64,000 nt of DNA from Eledone cirrhosa (taxonomy: Eukaryota). Shown here one piece after another: positions 27,662 through 44,200 of the stretch. The DNA is taken from contig OZ024743.1 of the NCBI GenBank assembly GCA_964016885.1, positions 169,012,001-169,076,000 of the forward strand, given 5' to 3'. The first letter of the stretch is position 1. Every line of letters starts with the position of its first letter. The notes under the pieces were generated by a model. The model did not search any database and was not told the origin of the DNA. It was given only the letters and a program-made list of their open reading frames with translations. A program made the position numbers and the translations under genes.

Positions 27662-29718
27662 AGACACACATAGGAAGAAGCCTGACCCTACGGCAGAGCT
27701 CAAGCCTTGTATGAGGCTATTATATAAAAACACACAAAACCAATATATAAAAAAATTAATATCTAAAAATAAAAAAGAAATTTGGTATGTGAAGGGTAAG
27801 GCAAAAAAATAGGGGGGAAAAGGAGGGGGAAATGACATAGGAAAAGGTTTAAATATAAGGGGAGATAAGTTAGAAGGAGAATACAAGAGTACAGAACGTG
27901 GATTCAGCAGCTAAAAAAACCGTAGTAGAAGTAAAGAGCAGAGAGGGAGTTCAAGGCGATTGAGTTATCATAGGAATGTCAATCCAGTTACAGATCAGAT
28001 GTGATTTCAGATGAGGACAACATCTGAAGATCTCGGTCTTTGAGTTCAGGCAAGCAGAAGTGGCTTTCAAGTTTAGCAAAATTCTATATTTTTCTGTGGT
28101 GCACAAAGAACAATTCTTTGTGCCCCTTTGTTACTCCCTCAAATGGTCTAAAATAGACCAATCGATAGAGTACGGGATGTTTTTATTCTTGAATTCCCAC
28201 ACCTTACTTGCGAGGGCCGTTGTTGTTCGTTTATCGGCGTGCTTAAAAGAAGCGACATGTGAGTAAAACCTGGTTTTAAACCTGTCCTGAGTCATTCCGA
28301 CATATCGCTCACTCCTGGCTGGCTGGTTGTTGATTAAAGGTGTTATTTTAGCCTCATAAACAACAGATTTGGTGTTATATTTGCCCTGCAATGGGCATTC
28401 ATCCGGCTTCCTGCAACTGCATCCTGGATTTGTTCTCGTATGATTTGAATTAGTGATCTTGGACTTCATAGATGGGCAACAAGAGTAACTGATCTTAACT
28501 ACATTCCTATTAAATATCTTATAATATCTATGATTAGGAGGACAATGTTTATCTAAGAGTTCAAGGAATTTCCTTCCTACATTAGTTTTGACAGTTAGAG
28601 AGAAGGGGGTGTAAACCAAATAATTTTCCTTTTCCTGTTATTGTGGTTAGTTTTAGGGGTTGGGCGGAGTAGGTAAATAATAAATTTGTTCAGTAAAACC
28701 GCTGTTCTTAAGGGCTTTATTATAATAAGGGGCGGCTTTATTAAAAATGTCTATAGCCGAAGATAAGGTAGAAATCCTACGGCTAATGTTGGGAATAAGA
28801 TTATTAAAAACTATAGGGGGTGGCAGACTCTTTGTGTATATACCTAAGATTTTCATTAGGTTTATGATAAGGTTTAAAAGAGGCGGTAAGTAGATCAAGA
28901 TTAATATCAAGAAAGTTAGCATTGGTAAGGTTCGTATCTATAGTGATTTTAAGGTTAAGATTAGCAAAGGTATTGATTAAATCTTTACGGAATTTATCAA
29001 GGTTATGGCCGTTGGTGGTATGAGAAACTGCCAATCCGTCATCACGGTATAAACCGATATTAGGGGAAGGAAATTTCTCTTTGAGGGTGTGGAAAAGGAA
29101 TAATCCTACTAAGTCACACACATCCGCACTGTCATATGAACCCACTGCAACATCAAAAGAGTTTTCAGGGTTTGACTTTTTAACCCAAATATTTTCATTA
29201 GTAAAGAGTAAAGTTTTTCTAGCATGAAAGATAATGTCTTCATCTAATTTAGAAATATTAATGAAGGGTCTTGCAAACTCTAAGGCATTATTTAATAAGG
29301 AAACAGTAATAGAGGGGTAAAAATCAACAATATCAAATTGGGTAAATCTACACTTATTTTTACCTTGTATATTATTAAACCAAGAAATAACAGAGGAAGT
29401 ATTTAGCCACTGTGATAGATCAGTCTTAGGTCTAATTTGGAGAATTATTTTCCTTAAGATTTTTTTACTTGCAAGGCCAACTTCGGTAGGTCGATTAGTA
29501 AAGTCTAATTTATGGTCTTTAAGGGTAATATATTCTTTAGGCTTAGCTAGTCTTTCAATCCGGTTGTCTATTTTTAAAGAACTAGCTAGTTCTTTAGCTT
29601 CTTTATTAATAGTATTGTAGGTATTATTATTAGTTAATTGATATTTGTTGGTGATACTATTAGTTAAAAGTTGGTTATACAAAGTAATATTAACTTCAAA
29701 GAGGTCTGCTATGGGCAT
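27662..29718 (-). mobile_element. Naiad-like PLE, 5'-truncated and frameshifted RT + GIY-YIG, with 3' UTR
   Basis: LKDHK, QFDIVDFYPSI, LYRDDGL; CSCRKPDECPLQG, VVYEA...YVGMT..FKTRFYSH; next frame NCSLCTTEKYRI..LNSKTEIFRCCPH ending near 27950; the last 53 bp are mirrored at 27485-27537 across a (TA)n. Confidence 0.9.
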
Positions 29719-29779
29719 TTATACCCTTTTCTAAATATATATATATATTTTTTTATTTATTGCTTGTCAAATTTTTATA

Positions 29780-29813
29780 TATAAAATATTTATTTCATAT
29801 TATTTTTGTTCTT

Positions 29814-29865
<52 letters not shown>

Positions 29866-29885
29866 AGTTATATATGTATATGTAT

Positions 29886-29922
<37 letters not shown>

Positions 29923-30021
29923 TATGCATACGTATGTGTATGTATATATGTGTGTGTAGGTATATATGTGTATGTTAGTAAGTATGTATGTGTATGTATG
30001 TGTATGTGTGTGTATGTGTAT

Positions 30022-30053
<32 letters not shown>

Positions 30054-30293
30054 TTTAGAGTTAAATAAGGTTCATATGAATTATCTAAGAATGAGTTTTA
30101 CACACATCTATATATATATATATATGTGTGTGTTTGTATGTATTTGGTTGTGCGTGTTTGTGATATGTACGTATTTGTATGTGTATAATTGTATGCCTAT
30201 GTATGTATGTGTGTGTATATATATATATGTATATATATATATGTATGTATTTGTATATGTATGTATATATTTGTATATGTATGTATATATTTG

Positions 30294-30327
<34 letters not shown>

Positions 30328-30713
30328 TATGTATGTATTTGTATATGTATATTTATGTGTGAATGTGTGTGTATGTATTTATTTTTACGTATGTATGTGT
30401 ACGTGCATTTGTGTATATTGCTTACCACGTGTGTTTTTTAATTTATGTGTTGCCTGTATCGCTGTCAACTTTTGTCTTTATTATTTTTATATATATTTTT
30501 TCTTAGATTTATTTGCGTGTGTGAATATGTAGAGGTGTGTGTATATTTTTCTAATATTGTGCATGCATATGTATGCATGTATATATGTGTGTATGTATTT
30601 GTTTGTACGTACGCGTGTATATACGTATGATTGTGTGTATGTATGTATGTATGTATGTATGTATGTATGTATATGTATGTGTGTATGGCTATGTATGTGA
30701 ATGTGTATGCATA

Positions 30714-30760
<47 letters not shown>

Positions 30761-30897
30761 ATATATGTGTGTGGCTGTATATGTATGTATGGATATGTTG
30801 ATATTTATGCGTGTATGTATGTGTGTGTATGTGTATGTGTATGTATATATATACACATATATATGTGTATATGTGTGTGTGTATGTATGTGTGTATG

Positions 30898-30932
<35 letters not shown>

Positions 30933-31166
30933 GTGTATGTATATAATCGTGTGTGTGTGTGTGTGTGTTTGCATGTGTGTTTTTATTTTATTTTTCCTTT
31001 CCTTCTTCCTTCTCCCGCCTAACTTTCATATAGATTGCATTTTTGTTTTTTAAATTCCAATTCAATAAATAGACCAGGATTTTTTCATTCTGATGATTGA
31101 AAGCAACGTTTTTTGCTTTTAAGAAACCACTGGTAAATGGAATAATTGCCTTATGTTGTTTATTAC
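29780..31166 (+). mobile_element. Family M microsatellite-rich hammerhead repeat, longest contiguous copy
   Basis: (TA)/(TG)/(TATG)-rich body with unique anchors shared with three other copies; 3' hammerhead. Confidence 0.78.
31084..31142 (+). ncRNA. Type I hammerhead ribozyme (family M), predicted cleavage after GUA at 31135
   Basis: ttcatt CTGATGA ttgaaagcaa-cgtttt-ttgcttttaa GAA ACCA-c-TGGT A aatgga. Confidence 0.82.
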
Positions 31167-31290
31167 CTCCTTAGTGATTTTTATTATATATTTTTACCCA
31201 TAATCTTCCAATACTTTAGTGTATGTACACTCCATATTCTTCGGAGTTTTCGGCTTGTATTGGCCGATAGTGCTTCTTCTAGTTTTAATT

Positions 31291-31328
31291 GCCCTGATGA
31301 GTCCTTAATAGGACGAAACATTGTTGGC
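31291..31328 (+). ncRNA. Minimal type I hammerhead ribozyme in a separate pLTR-like fragment (about 31167-31375)
   Basis: gcc CTGATGA gtcc-ttaata-ggac GAA ACA-t-TGT T ggc, then AATAAA at 31330. Confidence 0.85.
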
Positions 31329-31373
31329 TAATAAAGACTTTTGATGTATTGAAGGCTTCTTTGTTTTATTTTC

Positions 31374-34170
<2,797 letters not shown>

Positions 34171-34521
34171 TATATATATATATATATTACGCTTATTTAT
34201 TTGTTCTGCAAGATTCTTCGTGTGGAATCGTTTGTTGAAACCACTATACTTATATTTGGGGATGGTCCTGTTGCCAATGCTGCTAATAGAAAGAAACACA
34301 CACACCGCATAACTTTCACTCCATCTTTATCTTTATTGTTATTCATTTGTCAAAGTTCTTTCGTCACACAATATGTGACCTCCTCAATTACTATTTACTT
34401 GTGCCTCTTGTTTTTTCTGGTCTTAAACTTCTACTCCATCTTGTCTTTGGATTGTGGTGATTTTCTCGTGTTTCGTGTTTACGCATGTGTTTGCACCAGC
34501 GTCTCTCTGTGTTTGTATGTT

Positions 34522-36122
34522 TTTGCAGTAGACATCTGCCAAGAGGTCGCCGAACAAGTCTGGCATGTACGCATAAAGCTCGTAGGGCAGACCATCCAAA
34601 CCTGGCTATTTACCCCTCGTAGACATCGCTTCTCTTATTTCACCGGCTGTTATCGGCTTTTCGCAGCATTGCGCTGCGTTTGTCGAGAGCCGCGGCAGTC
34701 GGTCGAGGTATGCACCGAAGTCCATACTCCCGTCCGGCCCGCCGCCTCTCCCGAACAATTGAGCAAAGAGCTGTTGAAAAGCCACACACATCCGCTCTTG
34801 TTCGAGCAACATGCGCCCGTTTTGATCAGCCAAAGACCGATTTGTGGATTTGTTACCATGTTGCGCCTCCACCGTCCGGGCCTATTGAACGGCTTTCGAC
34901 CCCTCGTGTTCAAAATGTGTGAGCAGGTTGTTGAGGCTTTTACACCCTCCCCCCTGTCTACTAGCCCCACATAATCCCAAAGATACCGTTCCAGTCGCAC
35001 TAAAGAGCGGGACGTTCCAAGAAAGGTCTCTAGACGTCTAAAGAAATCTGGCCGTCGTGTACGCTGCCGGCCACGTCCAACACCACCGACTTACCTTCTG
35101 GGTTCAAGCCTCTCCGATAAAGCACAGCAACTCCTCCCCCCGATCCCGGACGGCTGGGAAGTGGGTATACATCGTAGCCGCCGAAGATTGGTGGTGGTGT
35201 GGTTGTTGTTGGTGGTGGTGATGCTTGAGGTGGTATTGCTGCAAGTCTCATTGTAGCCTTTACCCCTCTTTCTTTGCCTTCGCTTTTGGAGTGAGAAGCT
35301 GTGGTGTTTTTGTGTTTGTTTTTTTGTTTTTTTGACAACCGGTTTCCCCTCCTCAGCCGACTCATACTCCATGTCCAACTGTGAGATGTCGGGGATGGGT
35401 ATGAGTTCTCATTTGTCTTTGCTGTTGTTGGTGGTGGTGGAACCTGGTCTGCCGTTCTTGGCACAGGTGCAGCTAGTGCAACTGTTTCTGTTCCTGCAGT
35501 TGCCGCCGCTGTTTCTGTTGTCCATTGCATTGGTGTGGGTGCCACCGACATTGTCCTCCTACTCTCTGAAGAAGCTCCCGACTCTTTCGCTGACTGCTCT
35601 GTTTCTGATGGCAGCGGTTCCGGCGTTGGAAGGTGTTATTTTTAATACTGCCGCTGCTGCTGCTACCTCTTTTGTTGTCAAATGCATCAGCAGCAGCTGA
35701 TACTCGGCCGCCGCCTGATGGAGAAGAGAATGAAATGCCTGACTTTCACTATGAAGAAGACGAAAAGGAAAGCGAGACTCCACGCTGACAGCTTAGCGAA
35801 GAAAGAAATTGTTGTGAGGGAAGAAAAGGTAGAGAACGATAGCTTGGTGAAGGAGTAATTTGTGTGTTGAGACATGGTAGAGAAACAGATTTTTTTAATG
35901 TCGCCATTTTTCTTTTTTTTTGTGGGCGTATTAGCTAAATGCAAAGTTCAAATTAGAATTTAGCCCCGAAGGGCTAAATACCGATTAATTTCGACCACCT
36001 CAAAAGAAGCCGGGTGTGTTTAAATACAAAACAATATCAATTTTTACAATAAGTTCGCAATAAAAACTTCAAAAATTACAAACATATGGAGCAAAATTTT
36101 CCTGTGACGTGTATACTTCCAC
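34522..36122 (-). mobile_element. Tx1-like element, 5' end intact, with multiple internal deletions and 3' truncation
   Basis: Starts right after (ATT)4 on the minus strand; mosaic of ORF1, APE (GYDVYPLPSRPGSGGGVAVL) and pre-RT (CEKPITAGEIREA) pieces. Confidence 0.8.
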
Positions 36123-36134
36123 AATAATAATAAT

Positions 36135-39100
36135 AAAGCTTTCTTTATTAACCACAAGAGTTGACATAAAGTGTAACATTAAGGACAGCACAGGATGGTA
36201 CAAATGGGCGTTTCTGCTTGTATAAAAAACAAAGACAGAGGAGGTAACAAAAAAAGAAACAATGAAAGATTCTCCCAATAGGGGGGAGATTCCGAGGAAC
36301 ATTCGTGGAGAAAGTCCATTAAAAAAGCCACGGCAACCCTGACCACCAGGGCAAGTGCCCTCTCCCAGTTTTCTACCATCAATTCACAGGTTCACACTCA
36401 GAGTAGGCCCATTCACTCGGGCCATGCTTGCCTCTCTCACCCATCTTTCAAGAAAATGCTGGGAAGAGAGTACTTCCCTCTCTATCCTGATTTTTCTTTT
36501 CAAATGAAATTTGAAAAAGTTACTCAGGCATCACCGAAGAGCTCGTCTTCAGGCAATCTACAAACTCGTCCACCACACTATCTCTTTCGCCATGGCCACC
36601 AGACAGATAAAAACTTCCTGCCCTTCCCGGCAAAAGGAAGGGGGAGGGGCAATCCTCACGATGGACTCAGCTAATAGCCGGATCCGTCGAACACGCAACA
36701 GCAGGTGTTCGACATAAACCCACAAGTCAGCAATGCTCGGACACTGGACGAGTTCGTTCAGGAAGGTTTCGTCGCTCTGCGCGCATCTCGGACATGCCCG
36801 GCTTACGGCACTTCCATGCCTGCGTTTATCCCGAACTGGCAAAGCTCCTCGGTAGCACTGCCAGGCCAGGGATTTCTGGAAGTTGTCCATAGGCCCCGGC
36901 CCGAAAATTCTCCCGAAGTGATTGACTAGTTGATTTTCGTCGATGCCCAGAGTTTCCCCAAGTACGTCACCGCTCTTCCCCTCCACTAATCCTCTATAGA
37001 ATGACAAGGAGGAGTTTCGACCTATCGCATTGCCCGACTGGTCGAGGGCTGTAAGCGCCTGAAGACATTTCACTCTCCAAGCGCTCACTCTCGGTCTTCG
37101 CTTGATCCAGAACAGCAGCTCAGTCAAGGAGGCGAGCTGGGGAAATACGCGTCTAACAAACGGCGACCACGCCTGATCACCGCCGAGGAAGAGGTGGAGA
37201 TGCTGTAGCCTGAACGCAAGTCTGTGCATCATCAGCCACGGCATGCCAGGCCTCAACGTAATGGGTGTTGACAGCAGATGGACCGCCTGACCATTGAGGC
37301 GCGTCCCTTCCACAAAAAGCCAAAGAGCAAACGCTCCAACGTAGTCAGGCGAGGGGTAGGACAAGGCACGATGGTAAGGCGTTAATAGATGACGGACGCG
37401 ATGTACGCATTCGCCACCTCCGCTCGACCTTTCAGGGATAGCTTCCTCTCGGCCTATTTCAGGGTGAGAGAAGCCACCTGGTTCGTCACCTCGTCCCAGC
37501 TTTTGTCAGTCTGGAAGTCCGGACCGAACCAGACCCCTAGCAAATTAACCGGTCCGTCTGTCCAGTGCATGACGATGCTGTTGGACGGTATGGACCTGCC
37601 TCTCCAGGTGCCGACTTTTCCTGGTTGATCATTTCTCCCTTCATCGCCTCGTATTCTCTTAGTGTAGTGCCGATCGACTCGGTGTGTTTGGCGTTCGACA
37701 CCACTACGTTTTCATCGTCTGCATATGCTGACACGGGTCTTCCGCATCCCAGTTCGCGCGGGACCCCTGCAACATCTCCGTTTGTGCGTTAATGGTTCTA
37801 GAGTCAATACGTACAACAGGGACGAGAGGGGACATCATTGGCGGACCGAGCGCATGATGTAGAATGGTTCCGAAAGGTGACCGTTCACTCTCACCACAGA
37901 GCAGATGTCGCTGTGCATGGCAACGATCCAGCCTCTGAAGACGAACCCAAAGCCAGCCACCCTAAGGACTGCCAGATAACCCTATCGAAAGCTTTCGCCT
38001 GATCTAAATTGCCAGGTTACCTAGCTACCCTCTCCTCGATGTATCGCATGAGGTGGAGTTGTCATAGATGGATCTCTCTGGAATGGCGCACGTTTACACC
38101 TCTCCTACCAGACCACCAACGACAAGCGCCAACCTCTTTGCTAGGACCCTGGGTCTGAAAAAGATATGGGTCTGAAATTATCCCCCTTGTTCGGATCCTT
38201 TCTCAGCAGTGTCACCGATCCTCGGCTCACAGAGCTGGGAATTCTCCCGTTTTGCTGCCAGTTGCAGTAGACGTGGGCCAAGAGATCACCGAACAAGTCT
38301 GGCATGTGTACATAAAGTTCGTAGGACAGACCATCCAAACCAGGCGATTTACCCCATATGCAGCCAGTCATTGCTATGCGTACTTCAGCGGTTGTTATCG
38401 GCTTTTCGCAACACTCCGCTTCAGAGGCCGAGAGCCGCGGCAGTCCGTCGAGGTAGGCACTAAAGTCCATCCCGCAAACCGGCCCACCACTGCCCCCGAA
38501 CAGCTGAGTGAAGTGTCGTTGAAAAGTTTCACACATTTGCACGGGATAGAATAGCATGCCCCTGTCGTGGTCCGCAAAAGACCGGATCGTGGATTTGTTG
38601 CCACGACGCGCCGCCGCTATTCGGGCCCATCGAACGGCTTTCGTCCCCTCGTGTCTGAGAGCAAGCACCGTCGTGTCTCAGAGCAACGCATCCTTCGTAC
38701 TTTGCATTGAAGAATTGGTCGAGGGCCAATTTCGCCGCAAGCACATCGGTCGCGATGCCTTACTAGCGCCTCCTCTAATTTTCTAACACGTTCTCCCTCT
38801 GCTATATTTTTTCTCCATTGCTAACGCCTTACTAAACCTAAAGGACTCTATTCTAATCGCTCTTTTCAGAGCAAACCACAATTTGTTCTGACGATGGCCT
38901 CCGTCATCGCCTCCTTAACTGCTAATCCGGCCTCTGTAGGCCTGGTTAGCTGTTAACTATGCGTTTAGCTACCAGTAGCCGGATCGATGTCTATGAAGCC
39001 CATCTAAGTCAACCACACAGATCACGAATTTGTGGTCCGTGTAGTCGACTATTTTGACTTGTGGACAGCCTATGCTAGACCTATCTATTTCCCTACAAAA

Positions 39101-41260
39101 TACCCTATCTAGATATGATCTGGATGACCCGATGCGGTTTGTCCATGTCCACATTGGCACATTCGGGAAATCCAGACGGTACCTGTCAGACAGTTGAAAA
39201 TGTCTGACCAGTTTTGCGAGACTTTTACACCTTCCTCCCCTATCCGCTAATCCCACACAGTCCCAGCGTGCATCTAAGATCTCGTTCCTGTCGCCCACTA
39301 ACACTAAAGAGTGGGACGTTCCAAGAAAGGTCTCCAGACGCCGAAAGAAATCAGGCAGCCCTGCTCCTGTCATGGCATAACGGCCAGTAGCTTTAAAGCT
39401 TGCCCTTCTCCGCTCGTCACGTCCAGCACCATCAACTTACCTTCTGGGTCCAGGAAGATGATCCGTATTACGATATCCAGGCCTCTCCGAAACAACACAG
39501 CGACTCCGCCTCCCGATCCCGGCCGGCTTGGAGATGCATACACATCGTAACCATCGTAGATGGGTGTGAAAGCATGTGCTTCGGAGATTCTGGTCTCGCT
39601 CATGGCCACCACATCTATGTTCATTGACCTGAGGTCGTTGAGAAGGTGGCCCTACTTCCATAACGACCCCAGGCCACGCGCATTTATGTTGCCTATTCTG
39701 AGTAAGGTCATGTTGAAAAGGAGTGGAAAAAGATGGGAAAGACCACTTACCTCACTTCTTGTGGAGGAAGGATAGTTTTTCCGTCCTTCTCATCGTTTGT
39801 GCCCCCCTCCGGAAGGATGTCTTTATATATCCTCCTGGAAAGTGTGTCGGAAATCTCCGATGTCCTTGAGGAATTTTAAGTTTAATGTGTTGTATGTTTT
39901 CTGTGATACGAGTTATTTGTATGTGTGTGGGTGGTGTGAATTTTGGGGTGTTGTGTAGTCTTTTTCTGAGATGCTGGTGTTGTGTTGGATGTAGTGTAAT
40001 ATTTGGTTGTTGTTCAAATTTAATGCTGTGCAATGTGTATCGGTTTGGCTGCTTTGTCTTGTTTGCGTTTGTTGTGGGTTTAGTTTCTGTTTCGACTGTT
40101 GGTGATTTTTGTGTTGTTGGTGACGGTGGTGTTGGGGCTGATGATGGTGATGGTGTTGGTGTGGATGGTGGCATAGTTGTCTTAACATTTTTGTTAGTTT
40201 GTTTGTTTCGCCCTGCATTTTTTATGTGTGTGTGTGTGGGGGGGGGGGGGGGGGGCGAAGGAAGAAGATTTGTTTTCTTTTCTGGTTTCTCTTTTTCCAG
40301 ATACAGTTTCCCACTCCTCCTCGTCGTCACAGTCTGTCTCCAGTTGTGAGAGGTCGGAGAGTGGAAGGTCCGCCACAGGCGTTGGTTTGGTTGTGGTGTG
40401 GTGGATGGTGGAGGCGCTGGTGCTAATTCTGGCCTGCTGGGTGCTAGTGGTGTTGGTCTTGCTACTGTTGCTGCTACAGTTGCGGTTGTCGTTACTGCCA
40501 TTACTGCTGATGGTTTTGATGGTTGAGTCTCTGGGTGGGCAGGAGAGGTGGCCTCAACGTTATAGCCTGAGGGCAGAAGGTCTTTAGGTGTGATTCTTCG
40601 CCACAAACGACACACCTAGGCCTTTTATCCTCAACGATCAACGATTACGGTGAGGTGGCTGCCGTCATTGAGGTCTATCACCTCTGGAATTTCCTGTGTT
40701 TTTTTGGTCCACTTGGATTAGGGGCTCCATCCCAGACCCGGACCAGTTCTCCTGTTTTACTTTGATCACCTCGATTACTTTTGTGTCAGCCTCGATGTCG
40801 GTGAAGACGGCAGCCATTAGACAGGGAATTTCAATGGCCGGCAGAACTTGGGTCACCCTGATCCTTACCAACCTCTGACCACAATAGCTAGGGACGAGTG
40901 TGAACTCGTCACTTTTTAATGGGGCATGGAGTGCTCTCTGGCTTCCTGTGGGGTTCCAAAGAAAACGTCCACCGTTCCATATTTTTGTCCACGTCTGATG
41001 TGGGTTTTTTGAGCCTACACATATCCCAAAGCTTTTGGATCTGGGATTGGAATTCCCGTTCCACTCGGAACGTGTTTTAATATTTATTGCGCGAAATGAT
41101 ACACTGCATAGGCACCGATGCTCCATGGTATTTCATATGTGTGTGTGTGTGGGTGTGGGGGGGGAGGCTGACCCTGTAACCATATTTGTTTACCATTCGC
41201 TTGGCTTCATTCAATTCTTCCTGCCTTACCACAATCTTTTCTTTTTTGTTTGCCAAGATG
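36135..41260 (-). mobile_element. Tx1-like element, degenerate ORF1 + ORF2 + 3' UTR
   Basis: ORF2 ATG near 39711; APE (SETRI, SYLDRVF, YTDHK), SPGLDGL, SAYADD, C-terminal CPRC; 3' hairpin, AATAAA and (ATT)4 at 36123-36134. Confidence 0.9.
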
Positions 41261-41261
41261 G

Positions 41262-44200
41262 CGAGGCACGAACGGGGGCAAGGGACGACTGTCAGACGTC
41301 CCTAGATGACAAACGCGATGTACGCGTTCAGCACCTCCGCCCGACCTTTCACTGATAGCTTCATCCCAGCCCATTTCTGGGTGAGACTGGCTACCCTGCC
41401 CTTCACCTTGTCCCAATTCTTATCCACCTGGAGTGTTGGCCCGAACCAAATCCCTAGCAACTTTACCGGTCCCTCCGTCCAGTGCCTAACGACGCTGTTG
41501 GACGGCATGGACTTGCCTCTCCAGGTGCCGAGTTGCAATCTCACCGACTTTTCCGGGTTAAGATTTACTCCCATCAACCTTTCTTATTCCTCCAATACGT
41601 TGCCGACCACCTCGATTTCTGAGGTGTCCGATACCATCACGGTGATGTCGTCCGCATAAGCCGATACAGCCTTTCCGCATCCCGGTTCGAGCGGGATGCC
41701 CTGCAACAGCTCCAGCTTCCGCAATAAAGGCTCGAGAGTCAATACGTACAGAAGGGAGGAGAGAGGGCACCCTTGACGGACCGATCGGAAGACCTGAAAC
41801 GGTTACGAGAGGTGGTCACTAATTTTGACCATCGAGCAGGTGCCGCTGTGCATCGCAGCGATCCAGCTTCTGAAGACGGGGCCGAGGTCAGCCGCCTTGA
41901 GGACAGCCTCCAGGTACCGATGGTCGACCCTATCGAATGCTTTCGATTGATCTAAATTGATCAGATCCCCACCGAAGCCAGGTTTACCTCCTACCCTCTC
42001 TATGATGTATCGCATTAGGTGGAGGTTGTCGTGTATGGACCTGGTTGGGATTGCGCAAGTTTGCGCCTCCCCAACCAAATCCCCGACGACAAGCGCCAAC
42101 CTCTTCGCTAACACCCTGGCCAAAATCTTAAACTCTTTGTTGACCAGAGTTATGGGCCTTAATTTGTCTAATGCGTCCCTTTTGTTCTCGTCTTTCCTTA
42201 TCAGCGTCACTACGCCACGGCTCACAGAACTGGGAATAGTCCCGTTTTGCTGCCAGTTGCAGTAGAGGGCTTCGAGGAGATTGGAGAACAAGTCTGGCAT
42301 ATTTACCGAAAGCTCGTAGAACAGACCATCCAAACCGGGTGACTTGCGCCTCATGCAGCCGACAAGGGCATCCTGAATCTCGGCTGAAGTAATTGGCCTT
42401 TCGCAGCGCCCAGTGTCAGCCGTCGAGAGTTGCGGCAAGCCTTCGAGGTAGGGACTGAAGTCCGCCACCATCTCTGACCCGACACTTCCCCCAACAACCG
42501 AGCAAAATGTTGGCGAAAGGCCTCACACATCCGCTTGGAATCGCTCAGCTCATGTTCGTCTCGGTCCATCAAAGATCGAATCGTGGTTTTATTACCACGC
42601 TGCGCCTCTGACACGTGGGCCCATCGAACAGCTTTGGTTCCCTCGTTTCTCAGAGCACGCGCCTTAGCTCTGACAATGCAACCTTCGTGTTTCGCATTGA
42701 AGAAATGGCCTAATGCCGTTCTAGCCTTTCAGCTTTTTCTTATCTAAATTGTTGACCTGGTCCCTGTAAGCCTTACGTGCCGGAAATGACATGTTTAGCT
42801 TCCAGTAACCAGGTCCTAACCTACGCGTCTTATCTAGGTCGACCATACAGATCACAAATTGTGATCTGAATAGGCGACCGTTTCAAAACGTGGACAGCTT
42901 ACACTATTTCTGTCTATTTTCCTAATGAATATTCTGTCTATATACGATCTACATGACCCTATGCGGTTAGCCCAGGTCCACACTGGCGCATTAGGGAAAT
43001 CTAGTCGGTACCTGTCAGACAGTTGGAACTGGCTGATCAGGTTCTTGAGGCTTTTGCACCCCCGCTCCTATCAGATACTCCCACACAGTCCCAGCGTGCG
43101 TCTAAGATGCCGTTCCAGTCCCCCGATAACAGTAAATGGCGAGACGTACCCAGAAAGGCTTCCAAGCGTCTAAAGAAGTCCGGCCGTCCTGCCCCAGTCG
43201 GAGCATAGACGGCCACCAGTCTAAAGGCACCACCTTCGTTGTTGTTCACGTCCAGGTCCAACAACTTCCCGTCCGGGTCCCGGAAGATCGACCTTACCTC
43301 GAGATCCAGGCCTTTCCTAAACAGCATTGCCACTCCGCCTCCCATTCCCGGCCGGCTAACAGATGCAAAGATCTGATAGTCGTCGAAACTGGGGGATACT
43401 GCGCGCGTGTCAGAAATCCTGGTCTCGCTGACAGCAATTACATCCATTTCTGGAGACCTGAGGTCATTGAGCAGGTGACCCTGCTTCCAGGACGATTCCA
43501 GGCCTCATTTAAACATCCTACTCTTAATACGGCCATGTTGGCAGGTTAAACAGAGAAAGAGGAAAGGTTTACTTACCTTCCGGGCTCTTGTGAAGGTCGG
43601 GTTGTTCGACCGCCATAGTTGGTGGGGTTTCTTTTGGGAACCCCTTTAAAAGTCTTGAAGTTGGTTTTACGTTCGCGGTTCCCACGTCCCGAGGAAAGCT
43701 GTCTCGTATTTCTTTGTATAATTCGATTTACATTCGCACCAGAACCAAATCTTCCGGCACGCGAAATGTGCTCGATTTAAAAATTCCCCCTCTTTTTGTA
43801 TATTTTGTGTGCGGTGTCTGTGGTTTCAGATGTTTGTGTGTATATTTGTTCTTGCGTCTGTTTCGGTTGTTTGCGTTTGGGGGATTCTGGTGATGGTAAT
43901 GTTTGCATGGTTCGTGTCTGCGTTTTTTATTGTGGGTGATTTTGTTCTTTGTTGAGTTTTTTTTTCTTTTTATGTTTCCTTTTTTGTATTTTGGGGGATG
44001 TTGGTTTTCCCTCATCTTCACTACTGGTAGATGAGGGGTCTGTGTCTGTAAGTGTGTCTGTATGTATGTTTATGGTTTTATTGGTGTGTGTATTTTGGGG
44101 GGGAGCTAGAATTTGACAGCTTTCCTCGTTTCCCCCCTGGGTTGTCATAGTTGTTGGTGGTCTTTCTATTGGTGATGTTGTTGGTGGTTTTGCCGGTGCT

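Noticed and set aside
28006-28028. TTCAGATG...CATCTGAA hairpin resembling a ribozyme
   Set aside because: It lies inside GIY-YIG coding sequence and lacks the GAAA/stem III arrangement.
28131-28619. Possible selenocysteine (in-frame UGA) in the Naiad-like zinc-binding motifs
   Set aside because: The Cys positions are ordinary codons (one is mutated to Tyr), the ORF break is TAA with a frameshift, and no SECIS was recognised.
34201-34974. 257-aa plus-strand ORF as a host gene
   Set aside because: Its distal part is antisense Tx1 ORF2 and its proximal part has no recognisable motif.
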